From contig NC_043017.1 of assembly GCF_006345805.1 (NCBI RefSeq), forward strand, positions 15,748,001 to 15,812,000: DNA of 64,000 nt, written 5' to 3'. Below, piece after piece: positions 38,401 through 51,154 of the stretch. Below the pieces are notes generated by a model. That model was not told where the DNA came from. It saw nothing but the letters and a program-made list of their open reading frames with translations, and ran no database searches. The position numbers and the translations under genes were made by a program. Every line of letters starts with the position of its first letter. Within the stretch, counting starts at the first letter, position 1. This DNA is from Octopus sinensis (Eukaryota).

Positions 38401-40837
38401 AAAGTTACCCACCTCACAATTGAACCCACATTGTTGCTACTTATACTAACGAAGTTAATTAGTTTTAATTAATCATATAATTGACAATTATCAATCTGGT
38501 TTTTCAAATGAACAGAAAGTTTTATTGAATCAATAAACCTTTGTTTTAGTCGTGTTTAGTTCCAAGCTAGCCTGGTGATTAAAGGCATTCCAGCTGTGAC
38601 CATTCCAACTTCTCTCAAACATAATGTACTTTGAATAACACAATCTAGTATATCTTTATTTCTTTTTTTTTTTAAAGATAAATGTAATTAACAGGAGGTT
38701 TAGCTGCTACTTCTTGCAGATCTAGTAACCACGTTGACTCAGTTGTTGAGAAATGGTTTTTTTATCCCTTTATAAAGACAACCTGTTTGACCCTTATGGT
38801 GACTTTTTTTTTTAATCCCTTCTAGAGACTCCCTTTGTTTTGCTGTCATGTCAGCATTAGATTACTAATACAAATAGGCAGCCCACAGTTGTTAACACTA
38901 CCAATATAGTGATGTAAGAATTGAAACAGTAACATCACCCCATGGTCACTGCCACCATCACCACCACCAGCTGGCAGGGTTCACGCTGGGTTCTTGTGGC
39001 AGATATTTATGCTGGGCATGAACGACATCAATGTCACCAGATTATAAACAGGCCCTGGAAATGGACACTACTGCCCCACCCCCATCTTATTTTGCATAAT
39101 ATCTAAAAAGTCAGTTCATATTTATATTTTAATCTTTTACGACTTTCACTGGGATTGAACTTGTGTGAACATTTTTAACACTTTATCACACCCGTCTACC
39201 ACATACATCCTTAATTATGTTTCTTTTCATAGCCTAATTGTAGAGAGAAACCAACTTATGTGCTTGCTAGGAACATAATTCCTAAGACCCAGTCTTCAGT
39301 AATCATGTGACTGTAATTCTGTCCATGTCTAACCAGTCTCACATCAGTAAATGTCCTTTCCAGTTTGTTTATTAGTAAATTCTGAAACTATTTCTGATAA
39401 GACATTCCATGTTCGTCAACTGCATCATTACTGAGGGCTTGAAACCAGTTCCTGCTCACTGGTTCTCAACCATTTTGTTTTTCTTTGGACCCCTTTACTG
39501 TCTGTTTTACTTTACACAACCCCCATGGTCATTTTGCTGCATACGGAATAAAAATCTTACTCTATTTTTATTATTAAATATTTGGAATTGCTTAAAAAAA
39601 AAAATTCAAATCTTTTTGTATTGTGGGAGTAAAATCAATTTATTGCAGATAGATTTTGACAACAGAATCTTCTTCTGTGGACTCTGGTTGATAACCACTG
39701 ATGTGACCAATAGATCTATAGCTTCTGATAAGTTGATCTCTGGCCTTTGTCTTTACTTGATGAGTTGATGGTCATACAAGACATTCTGTGGTTCATGGTG
39801 ATGGTTTGTATGTATCCTCTCTCTCTCTCTCTCTTAAGGGACCGTCAGGCCCTTGTCCTAATCTGTCTCTCCACTACTCAGTCTATTTGTTCATTTTTTG
39901 GTTGTTTCTCTTGACTGTGGCCCCTGGCATGTATAATCCAGGCTTGAGCAAGCTGTATTGAGAGGCTGGTCACATGTGATATGGCTCATCTTTAGATGGG
40001 CCATGCTACTCAAAAAGAGTTAATCTTTTGTTAGGCATACCATTCAGAAGATCCTGTGGGTCACAAGTTGCCCCATGACTACTGGAGACAAAAACCAGAA
40101 TCTCTTTTGACAGAATAGAGTGGGAAATGTCTGTGTCCACTGAACCCTCTTGTTCATTTATTTTACTGTTTAATTAGAGATGTTGACAGTTTTGTTCGGA
40201 ATGTTGTTGCTATTTCCATTTTGGTGGTTTATTTAAACCCAGGTCAGATCTGACACTGAAAGACGCTCCAGTCATGACCATCCTTCTCTTTGTATATTAG
40301 TTGTGATTTTGAAAGGTAGCTGACTGTATATTAGCTCCCTTGTTGGCTGTTCAGTGATATGTTGGTTCTCTCTCTCAACAATTTACATATTCACTTTTAT
40401 TCTGGTTGATGATGATGATGATGATGTAAGTAGGAATGTAATCTGACCAGAATGTTAAATTATATTGCAGATTTAAAGAAAGCAGTAGATAGACCATGAG
40501 AGGGAGATTGGGGGGGGGGCGTAGTTTGTGACTGTTAAGAGATATTGGTAGGTTTGTCACACTGGCACTAAATTCTAATTCTCTCTCATTCTGCATATCT
40601 ATAATCACACACACTCTCACTCACTCTCTCTCAGTGTTATATGACTATTTCCTTCTCTCTCCTGTATTTGCCTTTGCACAGTGGTTCTGTCTTCCTCTCT
40701 CCCAAACTGAAGAAATCATTCAACCATAACTTCTATGCCAATTAGCCATGCTCCATTACCTAGAATGTTGCCATGGTTATGGTGATGTTGCTAATAACAA
40801 AGAATGGGCAATATAGAAATTGATGGAGATAAAGACA

Positions 40838-40918
40838 GTGATGATTATGATGATGATGATTATGATGATGATGGTTATGATGATGATGGTTATGATGATG
40901 GTGGTTATGATGGTGGTT
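40838..40918. repeat. 15-bp-period GAT/GGT compound microsatellite
   Basis: About five units of G(A/G)TTATGATGATG(A/G)T. Confidence 0.85.
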
Positions 40919-42656
40919 AGTTGGCTGATGAGGAAATGTCATCTTAGTGTTTTATTTCACACACCTTTATGGAAATGCTTCTGTTGCTGTTAGTCTTTAT
41001 GGACATCTCCTTAGGTGTGTGTGTGTGTATAGTCTTTAATTCTTTTACTCGTTTTAGTCATTTGACTGTGGCCATGCTGGAGCACCGCCTTTAGTCGAAC
41101 AAATTGACCCCCAGGACTTATTCTTTGTAAGCTTAGTACTTATTCTGTCAGTCTCGTTTGCCAAACCGATAAGTTTCAGGAAGTGATGGGGGTGGGCTGG
41201 ACAAACAGACACACACACACACACACAAATACATACACATATATATATATATATATATATATGACTGGCTTCTTTCAGTTTCCATTTACCAAATCCACTT
41301 ACAAGGCTTTGGTTGGTCCGAGGCTATAATAAAAGATACTTGCCCAAGGTGCCATGCAGTGAGACTGAACCTGGAACATTGTGGTTGGAAACCAAACTTC
41401 TTACTACACAGCCACGCCTGTATATATATATATATCTTGCTGTATGTATGTGTGTCTGTACATGTGTGTGTATAGAAAGAATCATTGTTTTTCTCCCACT
41501 GATTGTGGAGTAGGCTATTGCTGCAAATTTATACATTATCTTTTATTAATTACATAGTAAGGAGTTCAATGGCTGAGTGGTTAGGCACATTGTTGTGCCT
41601 TCCTCTCACTGGCTCAGTCCACCTAGCTGCAAACAGTCAGAAGTGGATATTCTAGAACACCGAGGAATTTGTAGTGCTTCTGCAATGTTTGTGTCTTCTC
41701 CAAGGAACCGTTTCTTATGATGTTCTACTAACAAGGTGGGGATGAGGAGGGGGCATAGATTTTATGTTTCACCCCCTCGACTATTCTCTGACCCAGTGTC
41801 TTTTCAAGTACTCCGTCATTTGTGATTTCATTAATTTGTATAATAAGGAAAAAATTGTTGACATTTGGTTAACTAACTTTGTCCTTTTAAAACTGTTTTT
41901 TGGATGACAACCAAACTAAAATAGTTCTGATGGAAGGTTTTAATTTTAAATATAAGCAGGAGATTTCGGTTGTGGTGGTCTTGGGTGGGTTGGTATGAAA
42001 GCACTTGCAGAAACTATTGAATAAATACTATGACTGATTCATGCTAACAGTTCCACTCACACACACACACACACACACACGCACACACAAGAGCAATCCC
42101 ACATGCTATCACGCATCTACTCACCAATAGTTACATACACACACATGCACAAAGATCCTCATACTATCACACACACACATCAGTCTATGTATTATCACAT
42201 GCACACCGGTGCACACACACACACACACACACACAGAGTTCTAGATACTCGCACTCGCTGCTAACCTGGTCTTTTCTTCCTCTTTATAATCTCTGTCACC
42301 CATTCTGGTCAAAGTGACCAAAACTGTCCACTCCAGCCAGACAATCCAGCCAGACTTTCACACTCTACACAAATATCTAGAAATATATCTCTCAATTCAT
42401 TTACTGTTGTCCTAATAGGAAGCTAGGGGTGAAGATGGGTAAGTTACAAAACATTTCTACACACATCATAAAGCTAATCCCTTTAGAATGCTTCTATTAA
42501 CTGTTGATTCCAACCCACCTCAGACCATCACTCCTGGTTCTATGATACAACCTTCCAGTTTATGTTCCAAACACCAACTAAAAAATTATTCTACAAAATT
42601 CTTCATCCTTTTCAAAGTTAATTGAAACAGTGTACGTCAACAAAAATACGGTAATG

Positions 42657-42737
42657 AAAAGCCAGGAACCTTTCAGCATCCTCTTACATAGTATTATAAC
42701 ACTTTTAATCCAAACACACTTTAGTGAATGCCTATAT

Positions 42738-42805
<68 letters not shown>

Positions 42806-42836
42806 TGAATTTATATAGACGTATAAATTCATATGG

Positions 42837-42873
<37 letters not shown>

Positions 42874-42953
42874 ATATAGACATTCACTAAAGTGTGCTTG
42901 GATTAAATGTGTTATAACACTATGTAAGAGGGTGCTGAAAAGTTCCTAGTTTT
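42657..42953. repeat. Near-perfect fold-back of about 300 bp including (GA)n/(TC)n arms
   Basis: Centre ATATGAATTTATA-TAGACG-TATAAATTCATAT at 42803-42834. The arms extend to the TIR of the neighbouring mariner MITE. Confidence 0.92.
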
Positions 42954-43138
42954 AAGGGTATCACAAAAGGCCTGGCTGGAGGCTCAGCCGTCTGAGTCCT
43001 TTTACAGGGTTTAGAAAAACTGAAGGACCACTGTAATGTGTGAATCTGAGAGGAATATGTTGAATAAATCATAATTAACACATCCTTCTCTTGTATTTTC
43101 TTTTACCCAAAGCCAGGAACTTTTCAGCACCCTATCGT
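42925..43138. mobile_element. Mariner-like MITE
   Basis: TIRs GAGGGTGCTGAAAAGTTCCT and AGGAACTTTTCAGCACCCT. A partial second copy lies at about 20040-20245. Confidence 0.8.
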
Positions 43139-43145
43139 GTGTATC

Positions 43146-43176
<31 letters not shown>

Positions 43177-43211
43177 AAAAACTTTTGGGTTTTTTTTTTC
43201 TCTCTTTTCAG

Positions 43212-43286
43212 ACCATAAAGACATCCACTGAGGAATTGCTCTAAGGTCTTCTCCATATCTTGGACAAACTTATTGATTCTTCAAAG
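43212..43286 (+). other. Candidate non-coding (5' UTR) exon, possibly of RAB14
   Basis: Strong acceptor (T/C tract then TTTTCAG) and donor AAAG|GTAATT. 75 nt, no ATG, stops in all three frames. Confidence 0.4.
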
Positions 43287-43734
43287 GTAATTCTTTTACT
43301 TGTTGATAATTCTATTTAGAATTTCTGAAATCTTTTCAGTTTCCAGTTAAAATTTGAGGTAAGAAATATTGCCCTGCCCCCAAACTAAACATTGCATAAT
43401 GATGATGAGCAGATTTTAAAAAATATATATACATACATATATATATGAAATACGACTCTACTCCCTAGAATGAAGGCAGAAAAGATATGCAGTGAAAAAT
43501 ATCTGGAAAATTGTGACCTGTGATGTATAACACCATCTGATAATCTGGTCAATCATGTAAGTGATGTTGCCGTGTGTGTGTTGATTACTGACTCTTTTGG
43601 CTGATCTGTCCATGTTGGACAATCCTACAGTCACACACACTATCAGTTGTGTTGCTGTCTTGTACACAGTTGAACACACCCATACATATTTAAGAACTGG
43701 GTTTATTACAGGTATGACCTGCTTTTTCTGTCAT

Positions 43735-44195
43735 GCTAGTATCATCATCGTCATAGTCCAACGTCCTTTCTGGCGTGGGTTGGACAAGCTGCATGTCTGT
43801 TCTGGCATGGTTTCTGTGGCTGGATGCCCTTCCTAACGCTAACCACTCTACAGAGTGTGCACAGGGTGCTTTTACACAGCTCAGGTCAGGGTGCTTATTA
43901 CGTGGCACCATCACCTACAAGCCCTCAAGGTTACAGATGCTCAGCTGGAGAGGGATGCAGGGGACAAGCCTCTGTGCAAGAACAACCACGCTTTTACTTA
44001 GCTTGATGTGTCTTTTCAAGCAGAGCAAACCATCAGGAGCCTCGGTCCCCTGTCGTCCCCTCTGTGAATCCCAATGTCCATAGATCCTTTCCCATCACTT
44101 CATCCTATGTCTTCCTGGGTCTACCCCTTCCACATGCTCCATCTCTAATTTGAGATTTGCTCCTCTTGATGCAGCTGTCTTTGTTCACATGCACG
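43735..44195 (-). mobile_element. RTE LINE 3' fragment, diverged
   Basis: Degenerate match to the 62500-63156 ORF end and 3' UTR (CTGGATGCCCTTCCTAACGC core, ATC tail). Confidence 0.7.
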
Positions 44196-44938
44196 TATGA
44201 ATGTATATATATATATATATATCAAGAAAAAGAAGGTAGGATTTGGATAAAAGCTATTTAGTGTTTTCATCCTTCTCAGGGATTCATTATGAATGATTTC
44301 TTGTAGAAAATTCAGCCCTTTTATAGATGTGTGTTAGTTGAAAAAAAAAAATCTGCAGTTGAATTTGTTTTTTTAGATTTTGGAAAGAGGATGAGTCGAG
44401 AGTGATTATTTGAGATGTTTTTTCTCATTTTCAGCCTGTGTGTGGTGAATATATACATACACGCACACATGATAACTCTGTATGTGTATGTACAACTCAT
44501 TAATATATTCAAGCCCATACACACACGTATTATGTTGGCATGCAGCTTTGCAGCTGTCTCGAGTTAGATTTGCTGTCCAATACAGTTCCGCTCCATTGTC
44601 TTCAATAATAAGAAATATTGAAGGGAGAAACCTTAAGTTAAAATCTTCAAACTAATTCTAAGGATAACCACAAGGAACTCTCTGTGCTGTTGCTAGAAAT
44701 AGCAGCCAGTGGTCTTGTGTAAGGACCCTGCTATGTTAAGATAAAGACATACTGTTGTTGTTGGCTTAGTTTTGCATTTGAATAAAGGATAGGATGGTCA
44801 TTGCTGGAATGTCTTTGATCAAATGACTGCTGGACCAGGAGTGACTTGGGGCTAAAGAACAAAACCACTAACGTATGCTGGAAATTGTTCTTAGCCAAAT
44901 GTTCAATATCAGCTTCCTTTATTACCAATCACTGCCTG

Positions 44939-44983
<45 letters not shown>

Positions 44984-47369
44984 GACACACCACCTTCCCC
45001 TCCCCCCACCATTGGCTGTGTTCTCGTAACTGTGTCAGGCTCCGGCTGCTCACTCCTCTTCCAGTATGTTCTCTGCTGCTCCTGTCTTTGAAATGTCAGG
45101 ATTGTGTATCACCCTTTTACACCACCACGTCTAGCACTTCCCTAGCCCCACGCCACCTCTCCACTGCATCACCACTCTACTGCATCCACTACAGCACTCA
45201 GCCATTCTAACATCATTTTGGCATCCAGCTTTTCCCATGTCTGCATCATTGGATTGGGAGGCTTTTCTCTCCTCCTCCCCCTCCTCCTCCTTGTAAAGCC
45301 ACATATTCACCCCCCCCCCACCACCACCCTCATCTCTTTCATGTGGTTCACCTTCCTCCTAAGCTCAGCTCTCACCTGTTGATTAAAGGATCGGTTTATA
45401 TGGAGGGGGGGGGGCAGATTGTATTGAGTACTTTTATGGTTGTGTTGCAATCTTTTATTTGTGTATGTGGTTGTGTGTTAAGAAGTTTGCTTCCCAACCA
45501 CATGGTTCTGGGTTCAGTCCCACTGTGTGGCACCTACAACACCCTTAGGCTAACGAAAGCCCTCTGAGTAGATTTGGTTGATGGAAACTGTACGAAGCCT
45601 GTCGTGTGTGTGTGTGTATTTATTTGTGTCTCTTTGTCCCCGACCACTGCTTGACAACCATTGTTGGTGTGTTTACATCCCTGTAACTTAGCAGTTTGGC
45701 AAAAGACACCAATAGAATAAGTACTAGGCTTACAAAGAATGTCCTGGAGTCAATTTGCTCAACTAAAGGCAGTACTCCAGCATGGCCACAGTGAAAAATG
45801 ACTGAAACAAAAAAAAAAGAATAAAAGTATGTATATATATATTGGTGTATTGTTTCTGTTTGTAGTTTTCCATCTCATTTGTTGCTGTTTTTGTTTGTCC
45901 GTCATCTCAGAGATCTTTCTTCTGCCAGAATGAGAGACAATTGGGGGCAGCTGACTGGACACCGGATCTGTTTTTGGTGACAGTACTTTTTGGCACGGGG
46001 GGTACGGAAATATGCACAAAAAGGGGAGAGAGAGAGAGAGAGAAGCATTAGAACAAGGAAAACAGTGAAATGTCTGGTGTCAGATCATGAGAGGAAGAAG
46101 CTGGAACCAAAATGTCTGCTGAGGATAAGTCTACCATGTTCGTTTCTCTTTTTTCCATTAATCACTTTCATGTTCCATTTTGATTTTTCATCACAAACCT
46201 ACACCATCATCATCATCATCATTTAATGTCCCTTTTTCTATTCTGTCTTGGGTTGGATGGTTTGACATGAACCAATAAGCTGGAAGGTTGTGCCAAGCTC
46301 CAGTGTCTGCTTCGGCATGCTTTTTACAGCTGGATGCCTTTCCTAGCACATACAATGTCTACAGAGTGGGTTGGGTGCTCCAAGGATACTATGAATTACT
46401 GAATTAACCATTGTTTGGTACTAGGCAAAGTGAATATACAAGTGAAAATATATATTTTTGTGTAGCAAAAAAAAAAAGAAGAAAAAAATGGTAATGCAAG
46501 GGAAACAACTCATTGAAATGAAGTGCTTTTAAAATGATAGAAAAAAGTTGCCATACTAACCCAGTTGTTGGTGTTTATAGTTGCTTCAATCGATCATTTG
46601 GTGATGCATAATTATGAAGTAGAAATTTTAAAGAATGTCTACAGTCAGTGAACATTTCAGAACATACATTCAGTCTGTTGTCATTATGAAATAATATCAA
46701 TAGTTTCTCCTTTCTGTCCTTAAGATTTGCTGTGACTGAAGTTCAATCATTGGGGTTTACATATCACACATTGTGTTTCTTTGCTAAACCATACATTGGC
46801 CAATGGAGACTTTTCCTGGATGGCTAACCTGTATCATCTCCATCATCGTTTAATGTCCATCTTCCATGCTTGCATGGGTAGGGCAGTTGACAGCCAGCCA
46901 GGTAGAAAAACTACCTTAGGCTACTGTGTCTGTTTTGGCAGGGATTTTATGGCTGGGTGCCCTTCCTAACACCAACCACTCCGCAGAGTGGACTCAGTGC
47001 TTTTTATGTGGCATTCTGAACTGTCCATAGCAGTGTATCACTAATGAGTTGTTGTCTAGCTCTCCACTAATGTTCTGCAGACTATTTTTGACAATTGTCC
47101 AAAATTGACAGCCAGGAATTCCTAGTAAGCATTTACAGAGTTTAAGCTTCCAGGAAACAGGATGGAGGGGGGTAGACTGGAAGCTGTTAACTGAAATAAC
47201 TAGGTTAGGACATAATAAAGCGCTCATGGTAAGTTTATGCAGAGTTTAGATAAGAATGTTTGAATGAGTGTGTATACATCTGTAGTACGTATAGACAATG
47301 TGTATATATATATATGTGTGTGTGTCTTCTGTATTAAATAGAGAAATGGTGATGAGTGATAATTTTGTA

Positions 47370-47779
47370 AATGATAATAATAATAATAAGCTTAAGGCTT
47401 ATAAACGTTTACCATGTATTGACTAAAGAAAATAGTCTAATATTGGGGCATATAAACCCTCAATGGAAAAAAGAGGGTGTCAGTACACATGGGCCTCGAA
47501 CCCACACCTCTTATATTTGCAATAAGTGTGCTGACCATTACACCAACACTATGAAATTATAGCTCTTAAATCTAATGGAAAGAAGTGAGTGGGTAAGATA
47601 GTGTAATAGTTAGCACATTTATTGCAAATATAAGAGGTGTGGGTTCAAGTACCTTGCATATTAACACCCACTTTTTTTTCTTCCATTGAGAACTTACATT
47701 CGCCAAAATAAGACTATTTTCTTTAACCAATACTCGATGATCACTCATAAGCTTTAATCTTGTAATTATTGTTATCATT
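47370..47779. repeat. Inverted pair of about 180-bp tRNA-headed elements, heads facing the centre
   Basis: 47370-47548 and 47598-47779 are diverged reverse complements. Both carry A and B boxes and a CTTAT/ATAAG-type anticodon-like arm. Confidence 0.85.
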
Positions 47780-48929
47780 CACATATATTATGTTGCTACA
47801 AAGCGAGAAACCTCAATACAGTAAATGATAATTATAAGGCACTTGTGCAGTCATGCATAAAAGGCAACCATGCTGGTGCTATGTAAAAAGCACCCAGCAG
47901 ACACTCTGTAAAGTGGTTGGCATTGGGAAGGGCATCCAGCCATAGAATCCAAGCCAAAACAAACACCCGGAGCCTGGTGCAACTTTGTGGCATACCAGCT
48001 TCTGTCATACCAGCATGGAAAACAGACTTCAAATGACCAAGATGATGATCTAAATATCTTGGACTAAAAATGTTTTCATCTTTAGGGAGAACCATTAGTG
48101 AGTAACAAATGGGGACAAGAGTTTTAAAGAACAAAGAAATTGTTTGATAGTCAAGATTTTCAGATTTTAGAGGAGAGTCCATTTCACAAACATCACTGGT
48201 TGTTGACGATTTTTTATATATATATACATGGTTATCGATTTGTGTTACAAGATTCCTGATGTGAAATTGCATGTTGAAACCAATATTGTTGTATTTCAGG
48301 TCGGACCCTTTTTTTTTTTTTTTTTTTTTTTTTCAGAAAAAAATGACCGTCTTTAAAGAGATGGCCAGATAACCAAAGAGATGGTGTTGTGGATTTCCAC
48401 TTCGGCGTCTGAAACTCAGAGTTTTATCTTGACTATTGAATAATTGTAACATTATTTTATAGATGAATTTCCTCTATTTACATAATATTGAGGTCTCTGT
48501 CTTTCTTTCTTTTGTTATCTTATCGTTTTTACCAATATATATTTATATATATATATAATATGGTTAAGGTGCATAGCTCAGTGGGTCGTGTCAGGCTCAC
48601 AACTATAATCATAAGGTATTGAGTTCAATTCCTGGACTGGGCTGTGTGTTGTTCTTGAGCAAGACACTTCATTTCATATTACTCCAGTTTACTGTAGCTA
48701 GGAGTTGGGATGTCACTGGTGCCAAGCTATATCAGCCTTTCCCTTAGACAACAATGTTGGTGCAGAGAGGGGTGGCTGGTATGCATGGTCAACTGCTGGT
48801 CTTCCATAAACAACTTTGCTCAGACTTGTGCCTAACTTTTTAGGTGCAGTCCCATGGTCATTCATGACCAAAGGGGGTCTTTACCCTTTTATATATATAT
48901 ATATATATATAATATATAATAATAATAAT

Positions 48930-49190
48930 AAATATTAGGGAATAAATCCAAATTTACAGGGAAAAATCAGATTTAGGATTGAATCCAATTTTATAGTAAA
49001 ATATTATATAATATTAATTAGAGACAAAACCACTATTATGCAAATCAAACAAAGAAAGACTTAATCCAATACATAAAAAATTTTATATAAATTAAATTAA
49101 ATTAAATTCGCCACTACAATTGTTTCGTGTCTCTTCTAAGGACATTCATCAGGTGGTTTTCAGATCTTCTATTCAATTTTAAGTTATATA
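48930..49190 (-). mobile_element. AT-rich Penelope-like terminal fragment carrying a hammerhead
   Basis: Unique segment between (TA)n tracts containing the 49111-49156 ribozyme. The Penelope assignment is inferred. Confidence 0.5.
49111..49156 (-). ncRNA. Minimal type-I hammerhead ribozyme
   Basis: Minus strand reads CCAC-CTGATGA-ATGTC(CTTAGAAGA)GACAC-GAAA-CAATTG-TA-GTGG: intact core, palindromic ACAATTGT stem III, GUA triplet, A.C mismatch at the base of stem II. Confidence 0.8.
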
Positions 49191-49290
49191 TATATATATA
49201 TAGGCTTGTTTCTATGTTCTTGACAACAAAGGCCTGGGGCGTTTGAGATTTGAGTTACATTGAGAAAGAAACATTAAAATATGTTGATGG

Positions 49291-49327
<37 letters not shown>

Positions 49328-50878
49328 AAAGAAGTTGTCAGCAAGAAACCTGGACATTGAGCAGTCAGGTTTTTTACAGTTTCTACAGGGTAGGTGTGAG
49401 AGGCCAGTTCTAGCCAGTTTGAACATAAAACGGAGAGTATTTGGGTTGGATCTGGCCAGTTTTTAAATGCAAAATCCTGAAGGATATTGCTTACCTGCTT
49501 AACTCTAAAAAACATTTGTATTTCCTTATCCTTCTACTCAGCTCTTTAGATTGTTTGAGCTTTCCAACCCTTCTACTGGGCTTTAAACAAGATTTGAACT
49601 TACCATTCTCCCCAGCTCTGCAGGAGATTTAAACCTCCTCCTCCTCCTCCTCTTCCACTCGGCTTTATGATATATCATACACATCTATTCCTATCCAACT
49701 CTTGGAACTTTAGTTCCCTTCTGTGCCCTATATTGTTGCACCCTTACCATTATGACCCACCCCCACCCTATTCTATACAGCAGCCTTCGTTTCTCTCCAG
49801 CATGCAGCTCATTATCAGTGCGTGTCTGAACTGGGTCAGCCTGTTTATATTCCCTGCACCCTAACCCTAACCCCTGTTTCATTCCATCCCAGATTGACAG
49901 CATCATTAATCCTAAAAAACTGGATGTTTATAAGTGAAAACAGCAAATGGGATTGTTTCTTGTGGATGTCAAAATAATGAGGAGGAGATTTGCCAAAAAA
50001 AGAGAGAGAGAGAGAAACCCCCCACCAACAGCCATCAATGATGTATCTCAGCTAGAAACCGAGCTAGACTCTGTATCCAGTTGGTTTCTCTGGCTGCCAA
50101 TAACGATGTTTGCAACAAAATATTGATTCTTTCACACACACAACCATTTCTTCTTTTCTCTCCCTCTCTCTCTCTCATAAACTAGCTGACTGGGTTATAT
50201 AGTACTAGATTGACTTACAGATGGATGCTGATGGGATATCTTAACTACATTTGGAAGGCCATGAACATCACAACATTACACCCAAATGGATTCTTTCCTA
50301 GATAGCTTTAGGACTAACTACCTTTCATTGTTACCTGTTTATTATTGTTGTTGAGCCTAAGTCAACACTGGTCCATTAAAGCTGTGATGATGTGCATTCC
50401 AGCCATGACTGTCCCTCCTTTTTTTTCTGATGGCATGTATCTGTAACTAGATTTATCTAATGCGTCTATTTGAAAACAATATGTGTCAATAAGATTCGGC
50501 TGTTATTTTGAGCAGGTTGCACAACCACCATGTATAACCACCATCGTTGGCTGCTGTTTCTAGCAAGTTGACCAACTCTCTAGAGGTACTGTTTCTTTTG
50601 TTGTGTCTAATTAATACAAGAAGTAACTGCTTTTATCAGATGAGGTGCAGTGTGAGTGGGGGGGGATACATTACAAGGACAGTTTACAACATGTTGGAAG
50701 AAAGGGGTGGGGGTTATATACTAAGATGAGGGAGAAGGAATGGAAAAGATGATAAAATGAGTTAAAAAGTATGCAAAGTGTGTGGTCTAATACAGATCTA
50801 GGATCATCCCGGTCACTTTTGGGGATAATGATAATGTAGTTAACGATGGCAATTGTTGTTTCTCTCCTTAAATTGTAA

Positions 50879-51154
<276 letters not shown>

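Noticed and set aside
40760-40942. His-rich ORF (HHHHN repeats)
   Set aside because: It is the reverse strand of a GAT/GGT microsatellite, with no supporting splice context.
49859-49874. CCCTAA telomere-like repeat
   Set aside because: Only two units, expected by chance.
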